Below, piece by piece: positions 38,901-48,336 of a stretch of 64,000 nt of DNA. The DNA is taken from positions 1,789-65,788 of the forward strand of contig CALXQP010000020.1 of the NCBI GenBank assembly GCA_944390695.1, read 5' to 3'. This DNA is from an uncultured Clostridia bacterium (GTDB taxonomy: Bacteria; Bacillota; Clostridia; TANB77; CAG-508). Every line of letters begins with the position of its first letter. Positions within the stretch are counted from its first letter, which is position 1. Under the pieces are notes generated by a model that was given only the letters and a program-made list of their open reading frames with translations, ran no database searches and had not been told where the DNA came from. The translations under genes were made by a program, and so were the position numbers.

Positions 38901-40618
38901 GTTATTGTTTGCTCTGTTGGACCAAATTTATTATATCCAGGTATTTCTATTGCACTTTCTGTTACTTGGCTATTAAATACTAATCCTGTTAATTCTTTAC
39001 TTTTTGCTAATTTTGTTGTTGTATCTTTTAAATAGTAATTTACTATTCCTGTTAAGTCTGCTCTTGGTGTCCATTTTGCATAATATGTTGTTGTTCCTGC
39101 AGGATAATTTTCTGGTAAATTTGTAACTTTTTCTCCAGTAAATTCTGGATCAGCATACCATCCGTCAAATACATATCCTGGTCTTTCTGTTGTTGGCATA
39201 TTTCTATCTGTTATTGGCTCTCCTTTTATTCCTGTAAGGTCCTCAACTTCAGAACCACCATTTTCTTCAAATACTATATAAGATTCAACTTTTGTTGTAT
39301 CTGTATTAGTATCTGTTCCACCAACATTTGCTATATTTATTATTTCACTATCAATACTTGTTACTCTAACTTTAAAGCTTCTTGTTATTGTTTCATTTGC
39401 AGCTAAAGATATTGACCATGCAACTGTATCTTTTTCTTCTGATACTATTGCATCACCTTCTGCTGACACAAATTCTGTTCCTGTTGGAACTTTGTCTGAT
39501 ATATATGTTTTTCCTTCACCATCACCTGTATTTGATACAGTTATAGTATATGTAATAATATCACCTATTCTTGCAGCTTCAATTCCTTCTGTAATTTCTT
39601 CATTATCTTGAATTCTCGTTATAACACTTGATTTATTTGCTATTATTATTGATGTTTTTGTTTCTTCTTCTCCATCATCACCAGTACTCTTTTCTCCATT
39701 TGCTATAGCTGTATTTAGAATTGTTCCTGTTAATGGAACTAATACTCCATTTTCATCTAATTTATTTTCATTAACATTTACTGTGAATCTAGCAACTACT
39801 GTTTCTCCTGCTGGAACTGTTACAACCCATTTAACACCTTCAACTACATTTTCAGAGTTAACAGTTGTTTTTGTTCCTACAACTTCATTTGCTATAACTG
39901 CATCTTCAATAGATACAAAAGTAGTGTTTTCTGGTATTTTATCTGTTATTTCAATATTTTTTACATCTACTTCACTATTATTTGTTACAGATATAACATA
40001 TGTTAAATCTTGACCAGCATATACAAAATTGTCTCCTCCAACACCTGTTATTACTGATTTTCTAACATCTAATTGTGGTTTTTCTACATCTAATACAGTT
40101 GGTTGATCAACTTTAATTGCCATTGGTTCCCACCAATCGAAAAATTGTCTTGATACTATTCTCTCAACTTCTTCATATCTTGTAATTGTTGTTTCACCAA
40201 CTTCATTTACATCTGTCCCTGTTGTTATTTCTGCATTTTCATCATCATTATTATTTTCTGTATTACCTTCGTTGTTTGCTGTATTATCATTATTTACAGC
40301 TTCATTATCTGCATTATCATTGTTTTCATTATCATTATTGTTTTCTGATTCTTCACCTTCATTTTGAACAGGTGTTTCTGGATTTTCAGTTTCATTACCT
40401 ATATTAGGATCTGTATCTGAATTATCATTATTTTCAGTTTGATCTCCATCTACAGGTCGATTTCCATCATTTTCTTGTTCTGGAGTTGTTGTTGAAGTTT
40501 GGTCTCCATCAACAGCGGCTGTCTCTCCTCTAGTGTACAAGAATACTCCTACCGATATTCCAGCAATAAACAATAATACTACTACTGTGATAATAGCAAT
40601 AATACTCTTTTTGCTCAT
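35912..40618 (-). CDS. Giant surface adhesin: N-terminal TM anchor, acidic linker, DUF11 repeat domains, Listeria-Bacteroides repeat, 5+3 MucBP-like repeats, C-terminal von Willebrand factor A (VWA) domain
   Basis: 1568 aa. The MIDAS motif VLVIDLSSSM marks the VWA domain. DUF11-like blocks YTITVSNTGDG and VTYTIKLTNTGKARG. GYVFDGWYADPEF fits the Flg_new repeat. Five roughly 93-aa and three roughly 92-aa YY-containing β-repeats. No C-terminal LPXTG. Confidence 0.8.
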   Translation of the reverse strand: MSKKSIIAIITVVVLLFIAGISVGVFLYTRGETAAVDGDQTSTTTPEQENDGNRPVDGDQTENNDNSDTDPNIGNETENPETPVQNEGEESENNNDNENNDNADNEAVNNDNTANNEGNTENNNDDENAEITTGTDVNEVGETTITRYEEVERIVSRQFFDWWEPMAIKVDQPTVLDVEKPQLDVRKSVITGVGGDNFVYAGQDLTYVISVTNNSEVDVKNIEITDKIPENTTFVSIEDAVIANEVVGTKTTVNSENVVEGVKWVVTVPAGETVVARFTVNVNENKLDENGVLVPLTGTILNTAIANGEKSTGDDGEEETKTSIIIANKSSVITRIQDNEEITEGIEAARIGDIITYTITVSNTGDGEGKTYISDKVPTGTEFVSAEGDAIVSEEKDTVAWSISLAANETITRSFKVRVTSIDSEIINIANVGGTDTNTDTTKVESYIVFEENGGSEVEDLTGIKGEPITDRNMPTTERPGYVFDGWYADPEFTGEKVTNLPENYPAGTTTYYAKWTPRADLTGIVNYYLKDTTTKLAKSKELTGLVFNSQVTESAIEIPGYNKFGPTEQTITVKLEGNEINFYYEPRTDLTGIVNYYLKDTTTKLAESKELTGLVFNSTVTESAIDIPGYNKLAPIEQTITVELEGNEINFYYEPRTDLTGIVNYYLKDTTTKLAESKELTGLVFNSTVTENAIEIPGYEKVDPTEQTITVGLEGNEINFYYTPVTGLTGIVNYYLEGTTTKLAESKELTGLVFNSQVTESAIEIPGYEKVDPTEQTITVGLEGNEINFYYTPVTGLTGIVNYYLKDTTTKLAESKELTGLVFNSEITESAIEIPGYNKVDPTEQTITVKLEGNEINFYYEKAMIDYTVKYYYDGIQDDSKTDNLKAEFDSIISTYTDKNIDGYKFDKTSGLPLKVTADPTRNIIEVYYIRDEFSYTVKYYKDGEAEPFEVNQDLKALFGSQINAEDVDTSNMPAGYKLDRIEGTPLTITSNPENNIIEVYYVKDEISYTVEYYKDGETEPFETSQGLKALLGSQINAEDIDTSNMPNGYQLDRIEGTPLTISADPANNIIRVYYGKPDISIEKLAPKTAKVGEEVTYTIKLTNTGKARGTVTTVTDILPEGVTYVRSDNGGIYANGVVTWSNIEVPANNGITNLTVTVKINADQIGKTIENTAKLSDDTPSSTPENKTDKVTTKINEISGVEVGTKPGEQGKDANNIVLVIDLSSSMNEKIYTFVKCTHEHSYNWWGEYCPEGCEEQWSTGIWGKNVSQGTRLEAAKKAAQEFIKEVYKNPDSKATITVVTFNQKSISNRNKYVGTRVLTFGKNNDQTTATNKNYQDLITEIGNIDIGTATSGYGTHIKAALDKTYDVIYDKNNGLVATYPNNSNVVIFLGDGDPTSTRTDGYEDNSKNNITNTATKIKDGENKRSATIYSIGFGSDAIDPDSDAYEVLGDISSDGKVRTAEDAESLADIFRNLEEEMNPQKPVTTTSGKITIQLEKNLVINSENKLVVEYNGEELFSCSTLPNNYVAYNANTKQLTFDINAYNADQNNTTKITDNSVIIRYFIER
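36820..39060 (-). repeat. Intragenic tandem repeats (5 × about 279 bp, then 3 × about 276 bp) encoding MucBP-like modules
   Basis: Near-identical DNA units are visible, for example ...catttccttctaatcctactgttattgtttgttctgttgg... recurring every roughly 279 bp between about 37660 and 39060. Confidence 0.75.
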
Positions 40619-40647
40619 TATTTATTCCCCCCTAAATACCAATATTA

Positions 40648-41271
40648 CTATAAAATTTCTTTAGCTTTTAATATAAGTCTTTGTTTATTTCCATTTGTAC
40701 ATGTAATTAATGTTACTTCTCTTACGAGTTCATCTTTTGCTAATAAAATATTTACATCATTAGGGTCTGTTACAAAGATATCATAAATTGAATATTGAAT
40801 TGTTTGACCTTTTAAGTCTGTTAATTCTACTATATCTCCAATTTTTAATTTTTTTGTTTTTCCAAACATTGTACCATCTCTGTTATTATGACCTGCTATT
40901 GATAAATTTCCATAATCATTTACATTTTCGCCCCAATATTTTATTATGGATAATTTCATTGGTTTTTTTGCATTTTCCGGGTCAATTTCTCCAATTTCTA
41001 ATATTGGATATTCTATATCTATTTGCGGAATTTTTACTATTCCAATCACTTTATACCCTTTATATTCTAATTGAATTTGCTCCCCTGATTCTTCTGGATT
41101 ACTAGAAAAATCTATATTACTAAAAGCAGCTACTGCTTCTTGAGTTTCTTTCTCATTTTTTTGATTACTACCATATTTATAAACTATCATGCCAATAATT
41201 ACAATTGCTGCTATTAATAACATATAAAAAATTGCTTTGTAAATTTTTAGTTCAATACTATTTTTCTTCAT
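40648..41271 (-). CDS. Sortase (TLITC active site), paralog of the 10269-11036 sortase
   Basis: 207 aa. N-terminal TM, IAGHNNR catalytic His and REVTLITCT catalytic Cys. Aligns block-for-block with the other sortase (YKGYKV/YRGYDV, KKLKIGD, I[IL]KAKE). Confidence 0.8.
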   Translation of the reverse strand: MKKNSIELKIYKAIFYMLLIAAIVIIGMIVYKYGSNQKNEKETQEAVAAFSNIDFSSNPEESGEQIQLEYKGYKVIGIVKIPQIDIEYPILEIGEIDPENAKKPMKLSIIKYWGENVNDYGNLSIAGHNNRDGTMFGKTKKLKIGDIVELTDLKGQTIQYSIYDIFVTDPNDVNILLAKDELVREVTLITCTNGNKQRLILKAKEIL

Positions 41272-42310
41272 CTTTTTTGCTTATTTTTTTCATTCTAATA
41301 AATATTACTATTACTAGAACTGCTATTATTCCTAATGCTACAAATAATGCAATACTATCATATGTTATTGGTAGTCTTGTTGTTTCTTCAGTTGCAACTT
41401 TTACTATATCTTTATTTTCTACATCTTTTTCATCAGCTGTTAAAAATTGAATATCTAATGTAGTTTCACCATTTGCAACCTTTTTTAATAATACTATGTA
41501 TCTATCATTTTCTTTAGATTCTTCTGGTTGTTTAATCATCATGTTTTCTACTTTGTTCCATTTAGCTTGATCAGCTACATTTGCTAATTTTTCATTAAAT
41601 TCTTCTACAAATTTAATTTTTTCATACATTTCCATTGAATCATATTCATTTTGAACTTTTAAAGCTAATTCTTCTAAGTTATTGTATGAATCTGTGCTTG
41701 GCAATTTAACCATTTCATACCAATATTCTGCATTTTCATCATCTAATATTTGCACATATCCTACATAAGTAGTTTCTTTAACACCTTCTACTTCTTCTTC
41801 TTTTAATTTTTCTAGAATTTCAGTATCTTGAGTATCTGCTATTTTTACTTCTATATTTGATGTTAAATTTTCTACATTTTCAATTTCTTTGCTTGTTAAA
41901 GCTTTGCTTAAATCTAATTGGATTCCTTCTAGAATTAAATTTTCATTTTCATCTTTTGCCCACATATAAATTGGTTTATTTTCTTCTAAATTTTCGTCTT
42001 TAGTTAAATTATTGTAAGTTTCTGCATCTAAAAATGCTACTTGATTTCCGTTCTCTCCCAAATCTGAGATTGAATTAATAAAAGATAAATCCATTCCATT
42101 TGGATCCGCATTTTCATTATTTGTAAATGCGTATTTAAAATTTTGTGTTGATATCCCTTTTATGTAAATTATATATCCTTGATTTGTTTCATTATTCATT
42201 GCATTTATTATAGAGATATCTTCATTTGAAGCAAAAACTGTAATTGGCATTAATGATATAAATAATATCATTACTACTATACCAACCAGTTTGGCGGTAA
42301 ATTTTTTCAT
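41258..42310 (-). CDS. Secreted acidic protein with C-terminal sorting-signal-like tail (LPITY + TM + KK); putative substrate of the adjacent sortase
   Basis: 350 aa. Signal peptide and an E/N/K-rich body. C-terminus TTRLPITYDSIALFVALGIIAVLVIVIFIRMKKISKKDEEK. Overlaps the sortase gene start by 14 nt. Confidence 0.55.
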   Translation of the reverse strand: MKKFTAKLVGIVVMILFISLMPITVFASNEDISIINAMNNETNQGYIIYIKGISTQNFKYAFTNNENADPNGMDLSFINSISDLGENGNQVAFLDAETYNNLTKDENLEENKPIYMWAKDENENLILEGIQLDLSKALTSKEIENVENLTSNIEVKIADTQDTEILEKLKEEEVEGVKETTYVGYVQILDDENAEYWYEMVKLPSTDSYNNLEELALKVQNEYDSMEMYEKIKFVEEFNEKLANVADQAKWNKVENMMIKQPEESKENDRYIVLLKKVANGETTLDIQFLTADEKDVENKDIVKVATEETTRLPITYDSIALFVALGIIAVLVIVIFIRMKKISKKDEEK

Positions 42311-42422
42311 TTATGATCCTCCCCCTCATAATTTTATTATTTTACGCGAACATTATATTACAATTTTTAAAATTTGTAAACAGTTTTTGGAAAATTTGTT
42401 TACAAAATTTACATAAAACGTA

Positions 42423-42459
42423 AAAAACAAGTTATTTTCTTGCAAAATAACTTGTTTTT
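42423..42459 (-). terminator. Intrinsic terminator of glgP
   Basis: Stem AACAAGTTATTTT / AAAATAACTTGTT followed by TTTTTTAC on the minus transcript. Confidence 0.6.
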
Positions 42460-42464
42460 ATCTT

Positions 42465-45032
42465 TTATTTTTCTATCCATTTAATTAAATCTAAATTTGC
42501 ACTTTCAAGTAGCATTTCATGTTTAGGCATAACTCTAAATGAATATCCATAATTTCCACCTGAATTCAAATCAATTTTAGTAACATAATAATATTTTCTA
42601 TTTTCTATGTCACTTCTTTCTAGCTTCATAGGAATTATTTTTACATCTTGAACGGTTCCATTATCTAAAAATTTGCCATAATAAACTTCTACACTAATAT
42701 GATTTGGATCAATATTTGGAAGAGTTACTGCACATCTTACTTCAATTTCTGAACCTGCGTCAACTGTAATATTATCAGCATTGCCTTCAATTTGTTCTAT
42801 TTGTATATCTTTCCAACTTGCATACATATTTTGCTTCCAAGCATTATATTCTGTAACTTTTTCTAAATCTTGATAATATTTTTTAGTTAAATTACATAAT
42901 GGCATATAAAGTTGATTTGTATAATCTACTAACATTCTTGAAGTACTATATTTTCCACCTGTTGAAATAATTGAATTTTTCATTATTTCCATCCATTGTC
43001 TTGAGATTCCATTTTTATCTTTATCATAATATATTGGGATTATCTTATTTTCTAATGTATAATACATACTTTCACTATCAGCTTTATCTTGTTCTTCATA
43101 AGATGAATATTCTGCATGTGTTCCTATTGTCCAACCATTTTTTTGGTTATATCCTTCTGCCCACCATCCATCTAATACACTAAAATTAATTACTCCATTT
43201 ACAGATGCTTTTTGTCCACTTGTACCAGAAGCTTCCATTGGTCTTCTAGGATTATTTAACCATACATCAACACCACTAACTAAATATCTTGAAATTTCTA
43301 TATTATAATTTTCTAATATAAATATTTTTCCTTTAAATTGTGGTTTTAATGATATCTCATGTATATATTTTATTAAATCTGCCCCCTCTTTATCTGCTGG
43401 ATGAGCTTTTCCTGCAAATATTAATTGAACAGGTTTATTTGGTGTATTTAATATTTGAGTAATTCTTTCTAAATCTTTAAAAATCAATGTAGCTCTTTTA
43501 TATGTTGCAAATCTTCTTGCAAAACCAATTGTTAATGCTTCTGGATCTAGTTTAGAGGTAATTTCATTTATTTCTTCATGTCTAACACCTTCACGTCTTA
43601 ATCTTTTTGTTATGTTTTCTTTAACTAGTGCAAGTAATTTTACTTTTCTTTCCATATGAACTTTCCATAATTTATCATCTGGAATAGTTTTTATTTTCTC
43701 CCATACAAAATTTTCATGTATATTATCTTGCCAATATGGAATTAAATATTTATTATATAATTCTTTTAGTTTTGGAGCTAACCATGTACAAGTGTGTATA
43801 CCATTTGTTACATATGTTATTGGAGATTCACTTGGTGATATATGTGGCCACACATCCGAAAATAATTCTCTTGATACTTCTCCATGTAATTTGCTTACAC
43901 CATTTTTCTTACCTGCAATTTTTAGTGCTAATATTCCCATATTAAATCCAGGTTCTAAGCCATTACATGGTTTCATTCCTAATTTTAAGAATTGTTCTCT
44001 TGTTAGCCCTAATCTTGGCCAAAAATCTTTAAAATATTTTTCAACTAAGCTTATAGGAAATATATCATTTCCTGCTGGAACAGGTGTATGTGTTGTAAAT
44101 ACTGTTTTTGATGATGCAATATCTCTTGCAACTTCAAAAGATACTTGCTGTTCTTTTATTATATTTTTAATAATTTCTAAATTTAAAAATGCAGAATGTC
44201 CTTCATTCATGTGATATACTGTAGGCTTTAATCCTAATCTTTTAAGTAGATTTACTCCTCCCATACCAAGTATAATTTCTTGCCTTATTCTCATTTCTTG
44301 GTCTCCACCATATAATTTGGCAGTTGTATCTCTATCTTCTTCATTATTTATATCTATATCTGAATCCATCAAATATAATTTAACTCTACCAACACAGATT
44401 TCCCATACTTTTAAATATATTCTTCTTTTTGGAAATTTAATATATATTATTAAATCATTTCCATCAACATCTTTTACTGTATTTATTGGTAAATCATATA
44501 AATTCAAATCTCTATATTCTGGACTTTGCATTCCATATCTATCTATTCTTTGATTAAAATATCCATTTTTATAAAATAGCCCTACTGCAACTAATGGAAT
44601 TCCTAAATCACTTGCTGATTTTAAATGATCACCTGATAAAATCCCTAAGCCACCTGAATATATTGCTATTGTCTGATCTAATCCATATTCTGCTGAAAAA
44701 TATGCAATTAAATCATTTGTATTATTAGGATACTTTTGTGAAAACCATGTAGTTTTACTATTCATATATGCATCAAAATCATCTACGATTTTATCATATT
44801 CTTTTACAAATACTATATCTTTTGATACTGCTTCTAATTTTTCTTGGTCTACTTCTTTTAAAAACTTCACAGGATTTTTGTTACAGTTCTCCCACAAATC
44901 CATATCAATCATTTTAAATAATCTTAAAAACTCTGTATTCCAAGACCACCATAAATTATTTGCAATTTCTGTTATTCTTTCAATCCTTTTTGGTAATTGT
45001 GGATTTACTGTTATTCTATTAAATAAATACAT
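42465..45032 (-). CDS. glgP: Alpha-glucan (glycogen/maltodextrin) phosphorylase, GT35, DUF3417-type N-terminus
   Basis: 855 aa. N-terminal LPKRIERITEIANNLWWSWN and the conserved PLP-lysine region typical of the alpha-glucan phosphorylase subfamily. Confidence 0.88.
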   Translation of the reverse strand: MYLFNRITVNPQLPKRIERITEIANNLWWSWNTEFLRLFKMIDMDLWENCNKNPVKFLKEVDQEKLEAVSKDIVFVKEYDKIVDDFDAYMNSKTTWFSQKYPNNTNDLIAYFSAEYGLDQTIAIYSGGLGILSGDHLKSASDLGIPLVAVGLFYKNGYFNQRIDRYGMQSPEYRDLNLYDLPINTVKDVDGNDLIIYIKFPKRRIYLKVWEICVGRVKLYLMDSDIDINNEEDRDTTAKLYGGDQEMRIRQEIILGMGGVNLLKRLGLKPTVYHMNEGHSAFLNLEIIKNIIKEQQVSFEVARDIASSKTVFTTHTPVPAGNDIFPISLVEKYFKDFWPRLGLTREQFLKLGMKPCNGLEPGFNMGILALKIAGKKNGVSKLHGEVSRELFSDVWPHISPSESPITYVTNGIHTCTWLAPKLKELYNKYLIPYWQDNIHENFVWEKIKTIPDDKLWKVHMERKVKLLALVKENITKRLRREGVRHEEINEITSKLDPEALTIGFARRFATYKRATLIFKDLERITQILNTPNKPVQLIFAGKAHPADKEGADLIKYIHEISLKPQFKGKIFILENYNIEISRYLVSGVDVWLNNPRRPMEASGTSGQKASVNGVINFSVLDGWWAEGYNQKNGWTIGTHAEYSSYEEQDKADSESMYYTLENKIIPIYYDKDKNGISRQWMEIMKNSIISTGGKYSTSRMLVDYTNQLYMPLCNLTKKYYQDLEKVTEYNAWKQNMYASWKDIQIEQIEGNADNITVDAGSEIEVRCAVTLPNIDPNHISVEVYYGKFLDNGTVQDVKIIPMKLERSDIENRKYYYVTKIDLNSGGNYGYSFRVMPKHEMLLESANLDLIKWIEK

Positions 45033-45163
45033 ATTTCTTCCTCCTAAGTTTCTTTATTTATACCTTTTACTTTTTTATACAATATAGGCATTTTTTTCTT
45101 TTTGTAATCACAATTATTATCTACTAAATTTATTTTTTTGTCAATATATTTTTAAAATTTAAG

Positions 45164-46189
45164 TTATGAACAATATGCACAAAGAATAGCCTCTAATCCT
45201 ATATTTAAATCAATAAGACCGATTTTATATTTATAGTCTAAATCTTCAAGTTCTTGAATAATTTTTCTTAATTCCACAATATCAAAGCCTTTAGCTTGTA
45301 TTTTATATTTATTAACCAAAAATAACTGGTTAGACTTCAAGTTCAAACTTGTAGCAATATCTTTATTATGTGAAATAGCAATTTTTACAAAATACAGTTT
45401 CTTAAAATGATTATAAAGAGTAATTAATATCTTTTGAATAGGTTCTTTTGAAGCAATTAAATTATATAAAACATCAATTGCCTCTTTAACCTTTTTTTGT
45501 CCTAGATTATCAGTTAAATCAAAAATAACACTTTCAATTTTTTTTGTACATAATTTATCAATATCTCGTTTTTCTATTGTACCGTTTTTACCTGCATATT
45601 CTATGAGTTTTCTTATTTCATTAATTAAATCTTGCATATTTGTACCACAACATTCAATTAAATATTGAATAACATTTTCTGAAACATTTACATCATATGC
45701 GTTACATATAGACTTCATTCTCTTAGTAATTTCAAATGGTTTTTGTTCCTCAAAATTACATATAGTTCCTATTTTTTCTATAGTATTATATATAGAGTTT
45801 TTTTCCGCTTCTTTTTCAACAAATATAAGAATTACAGAATCATTTATCATATTTATATTTTCCTTTAAATAGTCATTTAATTTTTCTTTAAATTCTTTAC
45901 TTTGTCCTTCATTTCTTCCTTTTACTTCTCTTCTAAATATTCCTGTATTTTTTGCTATAATCAATTTGTTAGGAAAGCCAAATGCAGGTGTTTCAATGTC
46001 TGGTATTAGTTCTTGAATATTAGTTTCATCTATTGTAATATAATTAATTCCCTTTACAATTTCACCAAAACTTTTTTTTATTTTATTTAATTGTTGTTCT
46101 AATAAAAAAGTTTCTTCTCCATACATTAAATAAATTCCTTTAATAAAGCCTTGATTTAGCTGTTTTTCTAATTCTTCAATTTTAACCAT
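45164..46189 (-). CDS. holA: DNA polymerase III subunit delta
   Basis: 341 aa. IYLMYGEETFLLEQ N-terminus and overall HolA layout. Confidence 0.8.
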   Translation of the reverse strand: MVKIEELEKQLNQGFIKGIYLMYGEETFLLEQQLNKIKKSFGEIVKGINYITIDETNIQELIPDIETPAFGFPNKLIIAKNTGIFRREVKGRNEGQSKEFKEKLNDYLKENINMINDSVILIFVEKEAEKNSIYNTIEKIGTICNFEEQKPFEITKRMKSICNAYDVNVSENVIQYLIECCGTNMQDLINEIRKLIEYAGKNGTIEKRDIDKLCTKKIESVIFDLTDNLGQKKVKEAIDVLYNLIASKEPIQKILITLYNHFKKLYFVKIAISHNKDIATSLNLKSNQLFLVNKYKIQAKGFDIVELRKIIQELEDLDYKYKIGLIDLNIGLEAILCAYCS

Positions 46190-46237
46190 ATCCTCACCTC
46201 TATTGTTTTAAATTTTTCTAACAAATTATTATAAATG

Positions 46238-48247
46238 CTATTTTTGTAATATAATTCTAAATACTTCAGCTACACTCCAAGCTTGAGCTACAGCTCCTTT
46301 AGGAGAAAAAGGCTTTCTAGAATCATATATTTCAGCAATACTTCCTATACATCCTCTTTCATTGATTTCTTTAGAAAATGTATTTGTAACACTTTTTACA
46401 AAATCACTTAACATAGTTTCATATTTAGTTTTATCAGCTTTTGTTTTACTAGCAGAAACTATATTTTTTAAAGAATTATAATAGGGTCCTAAAAGCCAAG
46501 TCCAAGTTATACCTTGATGATAACTAAAATCTCTTCTTGCACCATCACCTTCGTAAATTTCCACATAATTTTCTTCACCTTTTGCAAGGGATTTTAATCC
46601 ATATTTATTTAATAATTTTTTAGTTACTGTTTCAATCATTTCTTTTGCTTCATTAGATATTGGATCTAAAACTGGATATGTTAAACTCAATGCAAATAGT
46701 TGATTTGGTCTTATTTTTCCATCACCAACAACATCATATAAGCATTTTCTTCTTTTATTATAAAATTTACTTTCAAAAGAACTTTTACATTTAATTGCAA
46801 GTTTTTCATATTTTTTTGCTTTAGCTTTTTCTTTATTTTTAATCGCTAATTCTTGCATAATTTTAAGCGCATTATACCACATTGCATTAATTTCAACAGG
46901 TTTACCATTTCTAGGAGTAACTGCAATTCCAGCATATTTAGCATCCATCCATGTATTTTGAGTATACTCTGTTCCAGAAACTATAAGTCCATCTGTATCC
47001 ATATAAATATTATTATCATCTAAATCGATGCCTTTTGAATAGTTTTCAATAATATTCTCTAATTTTGGATAAATTTCACTCATTACGAATTCATAATCAC
47101 CTGTATATTCTAGATATTTTTTTACTTGCTCAAAAAATAGTAAAGATGCATCAACACTATTATATAAAGGTCTATAATCATCTTCGCTATATGTATTTGG
47201 TATTAAACCATATTTTATATCTCTTATACAATGAACTAACACTTTTTTAGCTTTATCATATTTTTTAGGAACTAAAAACAAACCTTCAAATGCAATTAAT
47301 GTATCTCTCATCCAATCTAAAAACCATGGATATCCTGCAATTGCGGAATATGTATTAAATAGTGGTCTTTTTATAATAAAATTATCAACTGCTATTAAAA
47401 ATGTTTTTATTAATTCATCTTTTTTATTATTTTCTTTACTTATAAGATCAGAGTCTATAAAAGTTTGATTTAATCTAGCAATTTCTCTTGTTATTATTGC
47501 TCTTGCGTCTAATTCTTCTATATTTTCTTCTACAGAACATACGAAAGAAATGTCTTTTTCTTCATTTGGTTCTATTTCAATTTCATATCTTCCTGGAACA
47601 CAATGATTTTCTTCTGCTTCAAAACCTCTTTTTTCTTCTTCAATATAAAACATATTATAAAATGTATCATTATAATGTTGTATATAATTTCCATCTGAAA
47701 CTGTCATATATATAGGATTTCCATTATCAATTTCAACTTCCAATTTTCTTCCATGCACTTTTTGTTTTAAATCAAATTGATGTCCTTTGTTTATTCCATG
47801 AGCATTTCTAAAATTCATTATTGGAGCCAATATTAATTTTGTATGATGATTTCCATTTTTTATTTTATAACATACACCAACTGTATTTTTAAAATGCTCC
47901 ATACATATTGCTTTTACAATTTCTACATCTTCTACTTTATATGTAAATATTGGAATATATTCTTTTTCAAAACTCTCTTGATACTTAAATCCTTGTGATA
48001 TATAGTTTTTACCAACATTTGTGAATAGATTGTGTTTCCTTCCGTCTATTTCAATACTTTCATCTAATTTAGATAATATTAATCTTCTCCTAGCTGGTGG
48101 AATTATAGGTACTACAAGTAATCCATGATATTTTCTTGTATTTGCCCCTATTATTGTAGATGAAGCAAAACCTCCTATTCCATTTGTTATTATCCATTCT
48201 TTTTCTAGTGCACTCTCTAAATTTAAATTTTCTTTTGCAAATTTCAT
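46238..48247 (-). CDS. Glycogen debranching enzyme (amylo-alpha-1,6-glucosidase, GDE_N_bis + GDE_C)
   Basis: N-terminal NGIGGFASSTIIGANTRKYHGLL and C-terminal AGYPWFLDWMRDTLIAFEGL family signatures. The start is ambiguous (MRLN at 48259 or MKFAK at 48247). The ORF-track start is a TTG. Confidence 0.8.
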   Translation of the reverse strand: MKFAKENLNLESALEKEWIITNGIGGFASSTIIGANTRKYHGLLVVPIIPPARRRLILSKLDESIEIDGRKHNLFTNVGKNYISQGFKYQESFEKEYIPIFTYKVEDVEIVKAICMEHFKNTVGVCYKIKNGNHHTKLILAPIMNFRNAHGINKGHQFDLKQKVHGRKLEVEIDNGNPIYMTVSDGNYIQHYNDTFYNMFYIEEEKRGFEAEENHCVPGRYEIEIEPNEEKDISFVCSVEENIEELDARAIITREIARLNQTFIDSDLISKENNKKDELIKTFLIAVDNFIIKRPLFNTYSAIAGYPWFLDWMRDTLIAFEGLFLVPKKYDKAKKVLVHCIRDIKYGLIPNTYSEDDYRPLYNSVDASLLFFEQVKKYLEYTGDYEFVMSEIYPKLENIIENYSKGIDLDDNNIYMDTDGLIVSGTEYTQNTWMDAKYAGIAVTPRNGKPVEINAMWYNALKIMQELAIKNKEKAKAKKYEKLAIKCKSSFESKFYNKRRKCLYDVVGDGKIRPNQLFALSLTYPVLDPISNEAKEMIETVTKKLLNKYGLKSLAKGEENYVEIYEGDGARRDFSYHQGITWTWLLGPYYNSLKNIVSASKTKADKTKYETMLSDFVKSVTNTFSKEINERGCIGSIAEIYDSRKPFSPKGAVAQAWSVAEVFRIILQK

Positions 48248-48336
48248 ATTTAATCTCATTCCCTCCTCAAGGCACAAAACTGGTTAGAAAAGAATTAAAT
48301 TTTTCAACCTTTTTTCTCCTTTATATTTTTTATTTA

